Source of the DNA: Nemertoderma westbladi
Taxonomy: Eukaryota > Animalia > Xenacoelomorpha
Assembly (NCBI GenBank): GCA_032718475.1
Contig: JAUCBJ010001518.1
Span: forward strand, 1-38,818
Direction of reading: 5' to 3'
Length of the DNA: 38,818 nucleotides
In this document: positions 36,028 through 38,818 of the stretch, in pieces
Position numbering within the stretch: position 1 is the stretch's first letter
Layout: each line of letters opens with the position of its first letter
The notes under the pieces: model-generated
Seen by the model: only the letters and a program-made list of their open reading frames with translations
The model's database searches: none
What the model was told of the DNA's origin: nothing
Translations under genes and position numbers: made by a program

Positions 36028-37579
36028 ATGACTGAGTTGATAGAAGATGATCTTGGTATCAGGGAGCGATATACCCTACCATTGCAAGCGTTTGTTGATA
36101 GTTTAATACGCGGCGACGCTAGTCCACCCACTACGGAGGACGATGGCCGTTATATCAAACCACCAATGTCAAAGGAACAGCTCACGCGTGAATTGGACTA
36201 TAGAAAATTCACCGCTCGCTATACGCATCGTAATGGTACGTATATGGACTTCTTAACTACTGGCCATCCTATCGATTTACACGATACGGACGATGTAGAC
36301 ACCGAAAGCGAAATGATTCTATTTAAATATCAAACCCAGCGGAGTCGGAACGATAAACTGAGAATCGAACACGAAAATTCTATTCGAAACCAACTCGAAA
36401 GAGAAGACGTTAAAGAACCGGATAAACGCAGTGACTTCAACGTATATTTGGAATTCTTGAGAGAGACATTGTAAAACTGGAGAAAGATCACCCGCGTTTC
36501 CCCTACAAGACGTCTTTGGTATTATTACGATGAATGCCCTAGACCCAACCAACACACGGAAAGACATAAACATCCGCGGAGACGTTGCGCTAAACACAGT
36601 TTTACTCGCTATATTTATGGGAGTTTCAAGTGAAACTTGTTCGACGTATCACCTACGCTCGCTCGACTCAAACGATCCTTAAAAATGATCAGATGATCAG
36701 AGTTCCGGAATACTCGGTCAGACCTCCTCATTCCCTGGTGAGACCTCAGACTCTTGATCCTAATAGTATGACGAATCCTCCTGAACTGTACTCATTGTTC
36801 AAGGATCTAGTGTTACCCGAACAATTAGTCGGTGGCACTCCGGTTGTGGGCTCCCTAGATATTCGCCCATCCTACCTAGCCGGATTGGGACGCGGACATT
36901 TAATATCGCCATTCAACCCGTATAATCGTCCCGGTTTAACCCCGATACAACTTGTCACCGAGGTGGAGGAGAGAGTTGTACGAAACGCGTTAGACACTAT
37001 TCGACTAAAGATCGGAAAAGGAACCTACGATTGTTTAGAGAAACATAAATTGCAGCAGCAAGTCCAAGCGGTAAATGAATTAGCTTTATCTCAATTCGAT
37101 CGGGAAATCCAGAATCTCTAAGAAGATATCGAACTTGGACAACCCTACTCTCCGAAAGAGTATTGGACGAATGTTTCCAACGACCAGCGGAGGAAAATCA
37201 GCTCGAGGAGAAGCATATCGATTTCGACAGAGCCCGAGAACGCGAGTCGAAAAGAACCATCAAACCGAGGAAATTTCTCACTACACACGGTCCACCTACC
37301 GCTCTCGTGCAAACGACCCGTCAGGGACCAGTAAGAGCTGCTGTCTTAAAACGCACTCTCAAGGTTGTTCGACCTCGTTCCACTGAGGTTGATACCGATC
37401 AACCGGGTACCTCGACCGGCGGATACACCGACCGTAACCCTAAACTTCTGATGCACTTGTATTGCACCCTTCATCCAGGAGTTATAGCCCTCCTAGTAAA
37501 GTGGCTCGCCCCAAAGAGAAAAGGACTCTTGCTAGCCTCAAAAAACTGCGTAAACGCCGTTCACGTAAGAAAGACTAAC
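36028..37579 (+). CDS. Accessory ORF region of the BEL element, unknown product, probably one or more frameshifted genes
   Basis: Adjacent same-strand ORFs 36028-36474, 36630-37121 and 37163-37630 in a GC-richer block with protein-like composition. An alternative frame ends in basic LKKLRKRRSRKKD* at ~37579. Confidence 0.55.
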
Positions 37580-37647
37580 TGTTTAGAGTATTTTTATATT
37601 TTAGAAACTGTGATTTTTTATATTTTATAGAATTAAATCCCATTTTC

Positions 37648-37656
37648 TGGGAGCGG
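37648..37656 (+). other. Polypurine tract (TGGGAGCGG)
   Basis: Short purine-rich run directly before the 3' LTR TG. Confidence 0.7.
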
Positions 37657-38805
37657 TGTAAAAGCTTTTGCGGATATAACAGGTCATTTTTCTCCGCAAT
37701 ATACTGTGTAGGAGTTTTAGCGGACATAACAAGCCATTTTCTCCGCAATGTACTGTGTGGGTATTTTAGCGGACATAACAAGCCATTTTATGCCGCAATG
37801 CGCTAATACTCTAAATAGATTGTAGTTCAGATGACGAAATCTGTCAGCTGATTTACTGTCGATGTGGAACCTCTTTGTTCAGCTCGCTCAGCCAATCAGA
37901 GCGATTTTCATTTTATCTTGCACAGAGGCCTACGGAAAACCGTGCAATGCATTACGGTCTTTGTTTACCTTTCTGAGCGAGAACAACTGCTTGGAAATTC
38001 TTCTGTACTTCTGTGTTAGAAGTTTCAGACTTTGGCCAACATTAGACGGCTTTGATTACAAGAACGTAAATCTATTATCAAACCAAACTACGGTCACACA
38101 TCTGACCTGAAACATTGCTGTATAATAAAACTGCATTATTAGACTGTCTGTTATTAATTGTTATATGTTGATGGATATGTTGTTATATTTGGAGAATACC
38201 GATAAATAATCATAAAACCCCAATCTTCTTGATTACTGAAGGTAAGAGGGACCGGTTACCGGTAGCAATCGCGACTTACATTACAGTGGTTTTAGTGTGC
38301 ATTAAATGCTATTTCATAATCCCTACATGTGTCAGTTGCTATCCTCCTTATATATGGTTAAATTCAGTGACGATCGGCAGATCAGTGTGCAGCAGTGTAA
38401 AGTCGTATGCAGCAGTGTGACAGATAATAAAGCATCTCCTAAAGAATGCGCTATTTACGAAAATCAGTAGCCATCTCGTTGTGTTTAGTGTAAGTCATAA
38501 CTCTGTTTTATACTTAAAGCGCCACGTCCTAAACGAACTGTTAATATTTCCCCGAAAGTGAATAATATTGTCAGAGATTATATAGTAACGATCAATCGAA
38601 TAATACAGTAGGTCTGCAACGCAATAACTTCAAAGCACCCGAATCCAGTCTCCCTTAACTGTGGGTGAATGATTGCGCATAGACTGGCTTCGGCTAATGT
38701 TACTTCATGAGCACTAAATAATTGTTATAGGCTAAAGTCGATTTATAAACAAGAGGACACCTAAAATTGGCAGGTTAAACTGCTAAAGGTCTGAAATCGC
38801 GAACA
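37657..38805 (+). repeat. 3' LTR (1149 bp)
   Basis: Matches the 5' LTR with ~14 substitutions (counted by eye) plus a 20-bp extra segment at ~38399-38418. Followed by TSD AACTC. Confidence 0.97.
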
Positions 38806-38818
38806 AACTCTATGGTTC

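Larger units (their letters stand above)
23000..38805 (+). mobile_element. Full-length BEL/Pao LTR retrotransposon, 15,806 bp, coding region disrupted
   Basis: TG..CA LTRs, 5-bp TSD AACTC (22995-22999, 38806-38810), domain order gag-PR-RT-RH-IN with BEL-type motifs. Confidence 0.97.

Overview
AT-rich, repeat-dense animal (probably invertebrate) genomic DNA. From left to right it holds an apparently intact non-LTR retrotransposon on the minus strand (ORF1 and APE-RT ORF2 in one frame, separated by a single TGA), abutting a 20-bp G-rich minisatellite. Next come a tRNA-derived SINE with a TSD, several MITE-like or palindromic repeats, and a 4.6-kb 27-bp satellite with 1674-bp higher-order periodicity. 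A minus-strand ORF encodes a tyrosine-recombinase-like domain, a 14-aa repeat linker and a Myb/SANT-like domain. The terminal coding exon of ELMO/CED-12 follows. The right 15.8 kb is a complete BEL/Pao LTR retrotransposon (TG..CA LTRs, AACTC TSD, disrupted gag-pol) inside an ELMO intron. Best leads: (1) the BEL element has no tRNA-type PBS; the 11 nt right after its 5' LTR are exactly complementary to an 11-mer inside the LTR, the geometry of Tf1-type self-priming; (2) the recombinase-Myb protein; (3) unexplained ORFs between integrase and the 3' LTR; (4) probable stop-codon readthrough in the LINE. All family assignments come from motif recognition by eye; no searches were run.
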